Positions 1-11,590 of a stretch of DNA of 64,000 bases are shown piece by piece. A model generated the notes under the pieces. It did no database searches and was not told the DNA's origin. It saw nothing but the letters and a program-made list of their open reading frames with translations. Position numbers and translations under genes: made by a program. The stretch lies in NCBI GenBank assembly GCA_053919585.1, contig CM132790.1, one strand, 5' to 3'. Positions within the stretch are counted from its first letter, which is position 1. Every line of letters starts with the position of its first letter. This DNA comes from Euprymna scolopes. Lineage: Eukaryota.

Positions 1-655
1 TTTATAAAAAAGGCTTCTTTTTGGACAGTATAACTCCATTAATAGTTTAATATAATCCATTAATAGTTTGACTGCCTCGTCAAACGACAATTCGTTGTTT
101 TTTCTTGGTAAAATAAAGTCCACGAATTTATTATGTTCGGATGTACCTAACTTCAGTAGCAATAAACGAACCTTCTTTTGATCAGTCCATGCACTGCAAT
201 AAATTTTAAAAATGTCTTAAAATCTTCTGAAATATGCCTCACACGTTAGGTTTTTATCAGGAACACAGTGAAATCTATCAATAGCTGACCAGATCGCATT
301 TTGGGAAAAAGGTGTGCTGGTTTCTTCTCTGCTATCCTTATTCACTAAAACTTGTGTTATCAAATCCATTTCTTTATCTGACTGGTTTTGTTGCTCAAAA
401 TGTATTTTTTTCAATTCCAATATTTGTTCATTTATTTCTTTTCTATCTCTTTCCTTTTTTTCCTCAAATAATTTCATTAAATATAACTGCTTTTCCAATA
501 TTTGTCCGTTCATTTCTTTCTTTTCTCTTGGTCGTTTTTCTTCGAGATATTTTATTAAATTTAACTGTTTGTCTTCGTTTTGTTTCTGTAATGTCAATTG
601 CTCTTCTCTGAACCTGTTTTCAAGTTCTAATTGTTAACTTTGTTGGTATTTCACC
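1..655 (-). pseudogene. gag: Ty3/Gypsy (K02A2.6-like) gag remnant, continues off the left edge
   Basis: ORF 217..597 ends ...SQNAIWSAIDRFHCVPDKNLTCEAYFRRF*. Reading through the stop in frame gives DIFKIYCSAWTDQKKVRLLLLKLGTSEHNKFVDFILPRKNNELSFDEAVKLL..., the conserved gag block of K02A2.6-like Gypsy elements. Confidence 0.8.
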
Positions 656-1748
656 ATTTCTAAAATTCGTTGATTTCCTTTTTCTATAGTACCAACGCTA
701 TAGAAAAATAAAACGGTTACAAAATTCGTACATGGTTATTTAACGAATATTTCTTGCACATATTTATTTCCTCGTGTGGCAATTCTACTGGAAAAATAAT
801 TCGGCGTTTGCATTCATACAGAATGCAGTAGATTTCGTTTGTTATTTTTTAATTTTCGTAACGTGTAGGTACTGGATTCAATTTCTTGTTGATCCTACAC
901 ATTTTTCCTCTTTTTTCTTTGAAAAGAAAAAGTTACTTATCTGTGAAAGAGAGTTTATAACATTTATTTAATATTGGCTACCCTTTCCGATTTCTGTCCG
1001 AAAAAGTATTCCTTTTCTCGTTAACACTTTGTTTGTCGTGCTTAACGAAATCGTTTTTTTTTTTCTTATTCGACGCACAGTCCCGTCGACCAGTGAAAAG
1101 TTTATTTTAATCGGATTAAAATACGACGTCTTTTTTAATTTGTGAAAATACTCGCTTTAGCCAATAAAATAAAATATATCATTTACTTTTGCATGAGTTT
1201 TTTTTCCTTTTCAAACGTTAATGCCTTTTAACCATAAGACGTATAAGGAAGACATGCTTTTTAGAACGGCAAAGTTGTTTTTGTACTTACTGAAAACTTG
1301 ATCTCGTTAATTCAGTAATAATAAATCTCCACGCAATTCGTCTTATGAGTTCTGTTTCAGCTCGTAGTTTACGTTTTATTAGCTTTTTTAACAGCAAGAT
1401 AGGCTTTTTGGCGATGTCTTTGTAAAATCCTTTTTTCGGCAAGAATTTGTTGTCCTTTTCGAAGTGTTCTTTATCCCGTGTTTGTGGATTTTTACGCTAG
1501 AATGTTGTTTTTCCCCCAAGTAGTTTTCCCGTTCTTCACCGGACTTTTGAAAAATAAATTCTTTGAAGCTTCAAATTTCCCCCGAGTGTAGGAAAAATTA
1601 TTTCAAATATCCGCGTATGTTCTATTTTCTTTAATCCTTTTGGTCGTCAAATGTTGTCTTATTTTTTAGAGTGAATTCGTTGTCCGAATGTTCGTCATAC
1701 AGTTGTTGTTAGCAATTATTGTAGGTTGATCCGGGAAGATCTTGAATC

Positions 1749-2011
1749 GTCCTCGTCAGCAAATTGTTGTAGACCCGTGCTAGGGGTTAAAATGAAAAAA
1801 AAAACTACAAGTAGTGTAAAGTGTATAAAATATAATATGTATTTATCATAAAGAATACGGGAACCATTAAAGTGGTATGAGAGGAACGTGTTCGTAGTAT
1901 GCGGTTCAACATGGTATGAATGTCTCCATTTAGTCTCTGAAACCAGTTGTATTAATAGGACTGGTTGATTCCCGTTAGTTCTGAAATAGGGGGGATTTGT
2001 ACCCCACAACA
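1749..2011 (-). mobile_element. 5' LTR (1765-2011) and primer-binding site of the Gypsy element at 1-655
   Basis: On the minus strand a 247-bp segment starts TGTTGT (2011) and ends ACAACA (1765). It is followed at once by ATTTGCTGACGAGGAC, a degenerate TGGCGACGAGG-type PBS, upstream of gag in the same orientation. Confidence 0.65.
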
Positions 2012-2046
2012 GTAATCTGTTGCTTTATTTGAGTAACGACTGTCTC

Positions 2047-2113
<67 letters not shown>

Positions 2114-2137
2114 CGGACGGACGGACGGACGGACGGA
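2047..2137. repeat. Compound microsatellite (GAT)n-(GGAC)n
   Basis: Directly visible. Confidence 0.97.
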
Positions 2138-3456
2138 CATTACGTAGAGTATACACGCTATTTGCTGCTATTAATTCTTAAATCTCGGTGGGGGCTGTTT
2201 TGCTAGGAAGATCTAATGAATTTGTTAGCTTCCGTCCACATACACAACATGGTATTTCCATTTAATATCCACAAACCTCAACGTATCTTACTACGTCAAC
2301 CTTATTATAACCGTCTTTCTTTCTATCTCCCTATTTATCTTTATCTATCTAGTTAGTTGGTTTCGCTTGAAATTCCAAATATGCAAGCAAATATCATATC
2401 CAAATCTGTAATTAATTGCGTCTAATTTACGGTAACACATACGTATAACTATCCAGAAATATTTATTTTACTTGACTATTTCAGAATTTTCAAATTATCA
2501 TATTACACAACAAAAGAAGCAAATTCACTGCATATACCAATTTAAAAATATAAACAGTTTAATAGTCGCTTTTTCTTTCATATAAAAAAATCGCAAAAAT
2601 GTTGAATGCTTAACATGGAATGGTATCACATTAACAAAACCTAAGAGACAAATGGTCGCCCTGATATCACTAGAATATTCATTCGTAAAGTTAAGCATTA
2701 TTGGTGTTAATTGAAGAAGTTTAATAAGATCAATTGCAAAAGAACATCTAGTACGAACAATATGATTATTTGTCCATTAACACTTCAGGTATAAGTCGTA
2801 TTGATGAAAATGCAAATCTACTTTTCTGTGAGTTAGGGATATAGATCTCTGTTTAAATAGTTGGGCACATATATTTTATATAGGTGTTAATGACTTTACA
2901 TGACTTGTTGCAAGACAAGACTTTTTCACTAATAAATTTGACTTGCCTGAAATAAGGGAAATTTCAAACTAGAAAAGATAACGATAACTTAACAATAATT
3001 CAAACCTTACATGAAGAAAACGCATGGTGGAAGTATTAATAACCACATGATTTTGGTCGCGGTTTTACCTAGAACCAAATTAATTTTAGTACTTTGTATT
3101 GAGCGTCATTGAAAAGAGAAACATAAACAAAAAAGATACTGGGTAACACATTAGGTATTACAAAAGTGTCTCTACTACAACTAACAGCTAATATGCAAAA
3201 GAATCACCTGATACTAGCATAATAGACGCTCTGTACCTAATATTATGTTTTTATTGAATTAGTATGAGTCTTTAATGATTAAATTGCATGACTGTTTTAT
3301 TATCAGCACAATGTTTTCTAGTAAAAATGTCATTTGTTTATAAGACTCACTTTCTGTTAATGTATAAATTTGTCCTCGAATACGTTACGTATCATAAATA
3401 TATGATTGTAAAGTGTTTATATATTCATGCGTGCTTTCATCCCTTCTCTTTTTCAG

Positions 3457-3555
3457 GAACAATTGGCCAATAAGGAACGGTTCCTTTTAGAGAAGCAGAC
3501 GACCAAGGAATGCAAATTGCACATCGTCTACAGAGAACAATTTTATGATTGCTAA
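3457..3555 (+). other. Possible isolated terminal exon (EQLANKERFLLEKQTTKECKLHIVYREQFYDC*)
   Basis: Strong polypyrimidine acceptor CCCTTCTCTTTTTCAG| followed by a 33-codon open frame ending in TAA. No recognisable homology and no supported upstream exon. Confidence 0.2.
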
Positions 3556-3689
3556 TGGGAAAAATATCTAAACAAATATCCAATTGCTTAAAACGCTAAC
3601 ACTTTCAGAAAGAGGCTTGCGCAATAGTACCCACACAAACCCGTTACTGTATGTGACAAAATTTGAATCGTTCTTCATTGTTTATTGTT

Positions 3690-3915
3690 TGTTTATTTAT
3701 TTGTTTGTGAAGTATTATTCGCATCTTTTTATATTTGTTGTTTCACGACGCTTGGGGCAACTATTCCTCTGGCCCTCGTCAGGTTGTTAAAAGATCCAGC
3801 GTTCCTATCACGTCGCGGTTAATAACCTGACGAAGGCCAGATGAATAATTGGCCGAAACGTCGTGAAAAAGCGCCCATAAAGATGAGGATAATAGTTCAC
3901 AAATAAGTAAATAAA
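3690..3915. mobile_element. Inverted pair of ~100-bp repeats carrying a minimal hammerhead-like core (Penelope-like pLTR type)
   Basis: 3690-3790 is an imperfect reverse complement of 3819-3915. The right arm reads CTGACGA-A-GGCC-(12 nt)-GGCC-GAAAC-GTC (3827-3862); the left arm has a mutated GAAA. Confidence 0.65.
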
Positions 3916-4575
3916 AATATATAATTTTTTCATCTCAAAAGAATTTCCAAAATTAAATAATATATTCTTTATTGTTATCATTATTTTCTTACATATTGTG
4001 AAACAAGCATTAACAACGGAAATGATTCAATAAAATTTGTTTACATTTCGTTTATCGTAGATGTAAAAGACGTAAATATAATTCATATAATTTAAAATTC
4101 GTGTATAATGTATATGTAAAATATGTTGCCTTGGCACAGCTGTATTTAATCATATCGTAAATTAACTAAGCAAAACTATGAAAGCATATTTAAATGTAAA
4201 GTAATGTTTAAGTAAACTTAAATTTCATTCCTAATATGAAGGTAGTAGAAACCTACAATAAGTATATATATAAGGTAATACTTATTCATAAATGGGAATC
4301 CAAATGATAAATAAATCTAAAAAGTACCACTTATTATTTAATTTACGCATATGATATAAGAGAAATTACTCAGATAAATACCTAACTAGTTGCTACACAC
4401 ACGCCTATACATGTTTTCACTGACAACTGTGTCATACATATCGAATAATACTCACAGTGTTATCAAATATTATTTGTTATAACTCTTCTTCATCAAGAGT
4501 TTGGCTTATAAACTTATAAACATGATTATATAAGATTTATAAAACTTAGGTGCTCTTTTCAGTCGCGCAGAAATG

Positions 4576-6442
4576 TGTAAGGATGAAATAATGAAATTAA
4601 TTTGTTGTGTCAATATAGTAGTTTATTCACACATATGTAAGGATGAAATAATGAAATTAATTTGTTGTGTCAATATAGTAGTTTATTCACACATATGTAA
4701 GGATGAAATAATGAAATTAATTTGTTGTGTCAATATAGTAGTTTATTCACACATATGTAAGGATGAAATAATGAAATTAATTTGTTGTGTCAATATAGTA
4801 GTTTATTCACACATATGTAAGGATGAAATAATGAAATTAATTTGTTGTGTCAATATAGTAGTTTATTCACACATATGTAAGGATGAAATAATGAAATTAA
4901 TTTGTTGTGTCAATATAGTAGTTTATTCACACATATGTAAGGATGAAATAATGAAATTAATTTGTTGTGTCAATATAGTAGTTTATTCACACATATGTAA
5001 GGATGAAATAATGAAATTAATTTGTTGTGTCAATATAGTAGTTTATTCACACATATGTAAGGATGAAATAATGAAATTAATTTGTTGTGTCAATATAGTA
5101 GTTTATTCACACATATGTAAGGATGAAATAATGAAATTAATTTGTTGTGTCAATATAGTAGTTTATTCACACATATGTAAGGATGAAATAATGAAATTAA
5201 TTTGTTGTGTCAATATAGTAGTTTATTCACACATATGTAAGGATGAAATAATGAAATTAATTTGTTGTGTCAATATAGTAGTTTATTCACACATATGTAA
5301 GGATGAAATAATGAAATTAATTTGTTGTGTCAATATAGTAGTTTATTCACACATATGTAAGGATGAAATAATGAAATTAATTTGTTGTGTCAATATAGTA
5401 GTTTATTCACACATATGTAAGGATGAAATAATGAAATTAATTTGTTGTGTCAATATAGTAGTTTATTCACACATATGTAAGGATGAAATAATGAAATTAA
5501 TTTGTTGTGTCAATATAGTAGTTTATTCACACATATGTAAGGATGAAATAATGAAATTAATTTGTTGTGTCAATATAGTAGTTTATTCACACATATGTAA
5601 GGATGAAATAATGAAATTAATTTGTTGTGTCAATATAGTAGTTTATTCACACATATGTAAGGATGAAATAATGAAATTAATTTGTTGTGTCAATATAGTA
5701 GTTTATTCACACATATGTAAGGATGAAATAATGAAATTAATTTGTTGTGTCAATATAGTAGTTTATTCACACATATGTAAGGATGAAATAATGAAATTAA
5801 TTTGTTGTGTCAATATAGTAGTTTATTCACACATATGTAAGGATGAAATAATGAAATTAATTTGTTGTGTCAATATAGTAGTTTATTCACACATATGTAA
5901 GGATGAAATAATGAAATTAATTTGTTGTGTCAATATAGTAGTTTATTCACACATATGTAAGGATGAAATAATGAAATTAATTTGTTGTGTCAATATAGTA
6001 GTTTATTCACACATATGTAAGGATGAAATAATGAAATTAATTTGTTGTGTCAATATAGTAGTTTATTCACACATATGTAAGGATGAAATAATGAAATTAA
6101 TTTGTTGTGTCAATATAGTAGTTTATTCACACATATGTAAGGATGAAATAATGAAATTAATTTGTTGTGTCAATATAGTAGTTTATTCACACATATGTAA
6201 GGATGAAATAATGAAATTAATTTGTTGTGTCAATATAGTAGTTTATTCACACATATGTAAGGATGAAATAATGAAATTAATTTGTTGTGTCAATATAGTA
6301 GTTTATTCACACATATGTAAGGATGAAATAATGAAATTAATTTGTTGTGTCAATATAGTAGTTTATTCACACATATGTAAGGATGAAATAATAAAATTAA
6401 TTTGTTGTGTCAATATAGTAGTTTATTCACACATATGTAAGG
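4576..6442. repeat. Tandem array of 31 x 60-bp units
   Basis: Unit TGTAAGGATGAAATAATGAAATTAATTTGTTGTGTCAATATAGTAGTTTATTCACACATA. All units are identical except a G>A at 6393; the array starts and ends with TGTAAGG. Confidence 0.99.
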
Positions 6443-7683
6443 TTAGCCTATGTAGATGTTACCAATTATTTTAATAAAAATTATAAATTTTTATTCGTAT
6501 TTTTATTAAGTAACTACGCCTTCAATAATGACTGCAGTACTCCTACTTTATGTAAATACTAAAACATGAACCTAATCAGTAAACAAATGAGAAAGATTCG
6601 TCTAATATTAACATCTTTTGAATGAAGATTTTAGCTATTTCAAATAATGATTTTGCAAAGCAATAGCGGGTCGGTAAATTTTACTGGTCACAAATGCAAC
6701 AGATTTTTGTAATTCATCAATATATCTGTGCTCATCAATATACGACATTATATTGATATTGATTTACATGACATCGGTGTAGTTTTTTTTTAATATATAA
6801 TCGTATTATACAAGTATTCAAATAATATAAATGTAGTATTTTCTTAATATAGATGTGTGTATATATTCGTGCAGTAAACAATGACTATATCACTCAATTA
6901 ATATAAAAATGGTCCTATTAGTTGCTTGCAAAATGTTATGTAATTATTAATATATAAGTCGGTTATAGTTTTCATGTTTATAATCGTATAGCTTTGAACC
7001 ACAGCGAAGCTTCATCATTGTTTGTATGAATTAAGTCAGTCTACGCTGAAGATTAAGCTGAGTTGTTAAAACAATTTCTGAGTGTTATTCTATTGTTGTT
7101 TCCTGCTACTATAATTTATCAATATTTTACTAATCATATGTTTTAATAAATTACACTAACTTCCATCTCAAAGTCCTAATCATCACTCTTAGTAAGAAAA
7201 TTGGTAGTTTCTGCATGAGTCATTCACGAGTTGCATGTCTTGTATATAATCCAGCTTTTTATAGCCTTTCGACAAATTTCTCGGGACTGTAACTTAAAGT
7301 ACGATCAACTCATGTTCGAACATATTTTCCCATTTCTCTTGTTAAATCGAAATGCTCGTCAATCTGTTCATCATTCACTACATCACAATAACTATTTACA
7401 ACATTGCATATTATTTACTTCGATATAATTTTCATGGTGACAAGAGCTTAACGTTGAGTGTGAATTAGTAGCCTCAATATTTTCTTCTTCCTATTATTAT
7501 TTTTAGTAGTAGTAGTAGTAGCAGCAGTTGTGTTTTAGTTATAATATTAGTAGTAGTAACCCGTATTAGGAGCTTTATAGTAAGACATAATATATTTCCT
7601 CGGAATTTTATAAAGAAATCTTATGGAATCTATAGAAATATCCATTAATCTATTTTGTTTAGATATAATATAATCCTCACACA

Positions 7684-7845
7684 NNNNNNNNNNNNNNNNN
7701 NNNNNNNNNNNNNNNNNNNNNNNNNNNNNNNNNNNNNNNNNNNNNNNNNNNNNNNNNNNNNNNNNNNNNNNNNNNNNNNNNNNNNNNNNNNNNNNNNNNN
7801 NNNNNNNNNNNNNNNNNNNNNNNNNNNNNNNNNNNNNNNNNNNNN
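7684..7845. other. Assembly gap (N run). Others at 9125-9264, 30083-30237, 33336-33480, 40701-40838, 40919-41058 and 59100-59244
   Basis: Runs of N, mostly next to low-complexity sequence. Confidence 0.99.
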
Positions 7846-8889
7846 TATATAAATAGTTGCTAATTATGATATTTATGTAAAAAAGGTAATTTATATCATA
7901 TCGTGTTTTAAAAAAATGTATACCTTTTCAACCTAATTAATAAAGTACGCATTAGATAGAAGATACTCTATAAATTCATATGTAGAAATATGAAGAAAAT
8001 CACCCACTTAATATACCTCAATGAAAGTAAACCGAAAGCTTTTTTTCTGTTTAGATATAGAGGATGCTACAAAAAAGATATGTGCCCGCCATTAGCAGCT
8101 GCACAAAAATTTAGACGATCCAGACTGATTTCATGATTTGAGTTAGGATATTATTACCAGCTTGCGTTAAGTGATTTTAAGAAATATATTCTACGACAGT
8201 TCTTTTCTGTAAATAGAGTTTATAGTTATTGCTTCCTCGTCAAGGTAGATTATGACACAAGGTTTATCTTTAATGGTAGAAAATTAACCTTCTCAAAATC
8301 TCAAAATGAAGTACTCTGGAATTGTACAAAATTAGCATTGCCACAGATTAGAAAAACTGAATGCCGTTATTCTTGATTCAATGACAATAGAATAATTAGC
8401 TATGAGTAAATTATTCTTATTTCATCGTAATTATATTTATTTATCCATATTACTTGGTTTGGTTAGTAAAACTCTTAGGATCAATTTGGTTTTAAGTACC
8501 CCAGACAATAGGCAAAATGTGTCAGATTACTTCGAGTCTACGTCGATTGACTTTTAACACAAATTTCATCTGTAAAAAAATAGATAATAAAACTAAGTAT
8601 TTTTTTCACGAAAACAATTTTCTCGGTGGTTTTGAAACCAATTGATTCAAATTTTGTTCGTGATTAAATACGCATGTAAGTATCCAATGTGGGTTTGAAT
8701 CTAATTTTTAATTTTTCTATATGATGCATGTGATTTAGCGAAGTGTATACTTAAATAATATTCAATATATTACTTTAATATATTACTTTAAGGGAATCCT
8801 AGAAACTAAACAAAAGCAAATATGGATGCTTTGTAATACTTTAGGGAAAATAAAACAAATCTGTATGTTTTCGGTTCTGAATTTGTGTT

Positions 8890-9124
8890 CATTATTATCA
8901 TTATTATTATTATTAGTAGTAGTAGTAGTAGTAGTAGTAGTAATAGTAGTGTTAGTATTATTATGGGTATTATTATCATTATTACTAATATTATCATCAT
9001 CATTATTATTATAAGTCTTAGTATTATTATTATCAGTAGCAGTAGTAGTAGTAGTAGTAGAAAAAGTTTTATTATTATTAGTAGTAGTATTTTTATTAGT
9101 ATTATCTATATAAGTATTATTATT
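8890..9124. repeat. Degenerate (TAT)n/(TAG)n trinucleotide low-complexity tract
   Basis: Directly visible; it explains the N/T/I/S-rich ORFs here. Confidence 0.95.
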
Positions 9125-10029
9125 NNNNNNNNNNNNNNNNNNNNNNNNNNNNNNNNNNNNNNNNNNNNNNNNNNNNNNNNNNNNNNNNNNNNNNNNNNNN
9201 NNNNNNNNNNNNNNNNNNNNNNNNNNNNNNNNNNNNNNNNNNNNNNNNNNNNNNNNNNNNNNNNAGCCCAGTATACAAGTTTCCTCCGGTTTCCAGTACT
9301 GTCCAACATTGCAAGAGCCGCTTGACATATATTTTTCACTGACATCGTCTTCACTAGAATTTGGTGGGGGGGGGGGCAATACGCTTCCACAAGATGCCAG
9401 TTCTCTTCACACAAATCAAACAGAGGTCTGGATCGGGCTCTCCCCTCGGTGTTTCCATCTTCTGAAATCCCTGACGATTTGATGTGATGACGATCGATGT
9501 ATGTGCACTATTTTTTTATTCTTGTTCGGGGTGTCAGATGATTTGCAATTTTGCAGTTTCAGTCTCCTTAGTTTCATGTGGTATTCTGTGTTTTTGTTTT
9601 ACGTCTGTAGTAGTAGTAATGCTACAAACAACCTCACCGCAAAAAAAAAGCAAACGGTTAGCTCTATTTGCTTCCAGTGCCGGAAAATCAGAAGAATACA
9701 CAAGGAGTGTGGCATGTTTTATGAAAGGAGCAAAATAAATCGTGTGAAATGGCAACGGTTTCAGAACATAAATAGCCAAATTGTAAGAGAAAAGAGTCTG
9801 CTTTTCGCTCACGCTTGATGAGTAAAGCTTCATCAGCAAGGGACTAGCATGCGTATGCAACAAAATGGTGGACAAAGAAAAGGTTTCCCTCGTAAAGTGT
9901 TCCGGTGCTGTGAGCCATAATTCTCAAAATTCTACAGAACAAGCTATCTCGGTTAACAAATAACCAAACGCAAATTGCAGGCAAATTATTTGACATTCGG
10001 CTTATTCTCAAATTTTATGGCATCTCGCT

Positions 10030-11345
10030 TGATTATAGTGTCTGAATGGTTGGAAAATGTGGAGGTCGTGTTCGAAATGTGTGATGTTGAATACATCGAG
10101 CGTGTTTTACGATCCAAGCTGAGAGGTGATGCTTTGTCTGTATACTAATGGTTGACCCGTGATCAGGGGAAGAATTTAAAGTAAGTTAAATAAGCCAATC
10201 ATTTGGCTTTTGCGCTGTGCCCTTTTAATTGCATTTGACAAGCTTGTCACAAGTCGTTTGTGCCTCGGAAAAAAATGTGGACGAATGTTTGGGTCACCTA
10301 CAGAACCTGGCATCTAAGAAAAAAAACCTCTGGCCTATGGCTCAGTTGGGCTTTCGTATCAGGACTCTCCGATTAATGGATCCTCAACTATGGAAAACAT
10401 GACTCTGGTACCAAACAATTCTAGGGCTATAGATCACATGAAAAAAGAGAAAGAGCCTGTTGCTGTGGTGGTCGGGCGACGTTGAATTCTTCCTACAATC
10501 CTCGGCCAACAGAACGCAGTCGCAGTGCAGTGCTACAAGTGTGGAGGTTCTAATTACTTTGCCAGAGACTGTCAGAAGAATGGGGGTAAAGTAAAAAGAG
10601 TGCTTCCAAAGATATATTATTATCAGTACCAGCAACAAGGACATGTCGCATCTAGCTGTCCGGGAAACAAGGCAAAGGACGAGAAGCCAGGACTCCTTTG
10701 ACTCCACATAAACTAGAAGAGGTGTTCAATTATTAGATCGGATAGCATTGGTGGTTTCTGGGCGCTTCTCGTCTGTTGAGATTGAGTTGTTATAAAAGTA
10801 TGAAAAAGTATCGCGATGTTGTCGGCAGGCTGGAAATGCCAGCTAAGCCACGGTGGTGACAGCATAACCTAAACAGTGACCAACAGAAATTCCCTGGTGA
10901 CTGACGGTCTGCTGATAGACAGCAAACCATTATGCTTTGACTTTCTTTCTATGGATGGACATAATCAAGAAATTTGGCGGTGTGCATATAAACGAAGTAG
11001 CCAAGGTGCATTTTGCTGAGACGGCTCTCGCTCTGGATGCGGCAATAGAAGTAGAAGAACCTTACTTTCGCGCGGAATTCCACCAACCCACAAAATCCAT
11101 GACGATATCGTGGAAGTGGTCCGGTCATCAACCGCCAGTAAAAGTTATGCAACAATGTACCTGAGTTTAACATCCCTGCAAAAGCTCATGCAGAATATAA
11201 TGGAGAGCTACAAGCCTGAATAGGTTGTTGGTTTCTTACTTAGAAAAGGAACCGGGGTTCCATGGCAGTCATCCAGCAGAAACAAAAGCAGCGGTCAGTA
11301 CTTGATAATTAGGATCGAAATGTGGATTCATTTACAGCCCACACG
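10030..11345 (+). pseudogene. gag-pol: Degraded Gypsy-type gag-protease-start of RT
   Basis: Hand translation gives EWLENVEVVFEMCDVEYIERVLRSKLRGDALSVY (gag) and two zinc knuckles, CYKCGGSNYFARDC and YQYQQQGHVASSCPGN. A degenerate protease motif ALVVSG follows, then MDIIKKFGGVHI...TISWKWSGHQPP leading into an RT N-terminus (MAVIQQK). Many stops and frameshifts. Confidence 0.75.
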
Positions 11346-11403
11346 AACACATACTTTTAGTACACGTAAAGCAGTCATATATTTTAGTACACGCAATAAA
11401 CAT

Positions 11404-11590
11404 TGTTAATAAAGAAACAAAAGTGTTAATAAAGAGACAACGGTCACACGACGACAAATATTTTTATTGGAAAGTTGGTTGGGCACTTTCTCGTGAGTGG
11501 TAATTTTTGTGTTGCCGTAGCGTTCATCAAGCAGAGAGCATCTGACGTCACCACTGGGTGGGATGACAGTGAACGACACCCCTCTCAACA
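11404..11590 (-). mobile_element. Probable solo LTR
   Basis: Minus strand runs TGTTGA...TTAACA with AATAAA near the 3' end. The last ~20 bp are duplicated. Flanks ACAT/TCAT resemble a 4-bp TSD. Confidence 0.45.

Noticed and set aside
4576-6442. CRISPR-like array (also considered for 57712-58472)
   Set aside because: No variable spacers, eukaryotic context and no cas genes.
4573-6474. 633-aa ORF as a real protein gene
   Set aside because: It arises from a 60-bp unit that happens to lack a stop in one frame. There is no unique N- or C-terminal domain and no synonymous variation.
8783-9414. Several ORFs of 60-200 aa
   Set aside because: They are produced by trinucleotide low complexity and N gaps.
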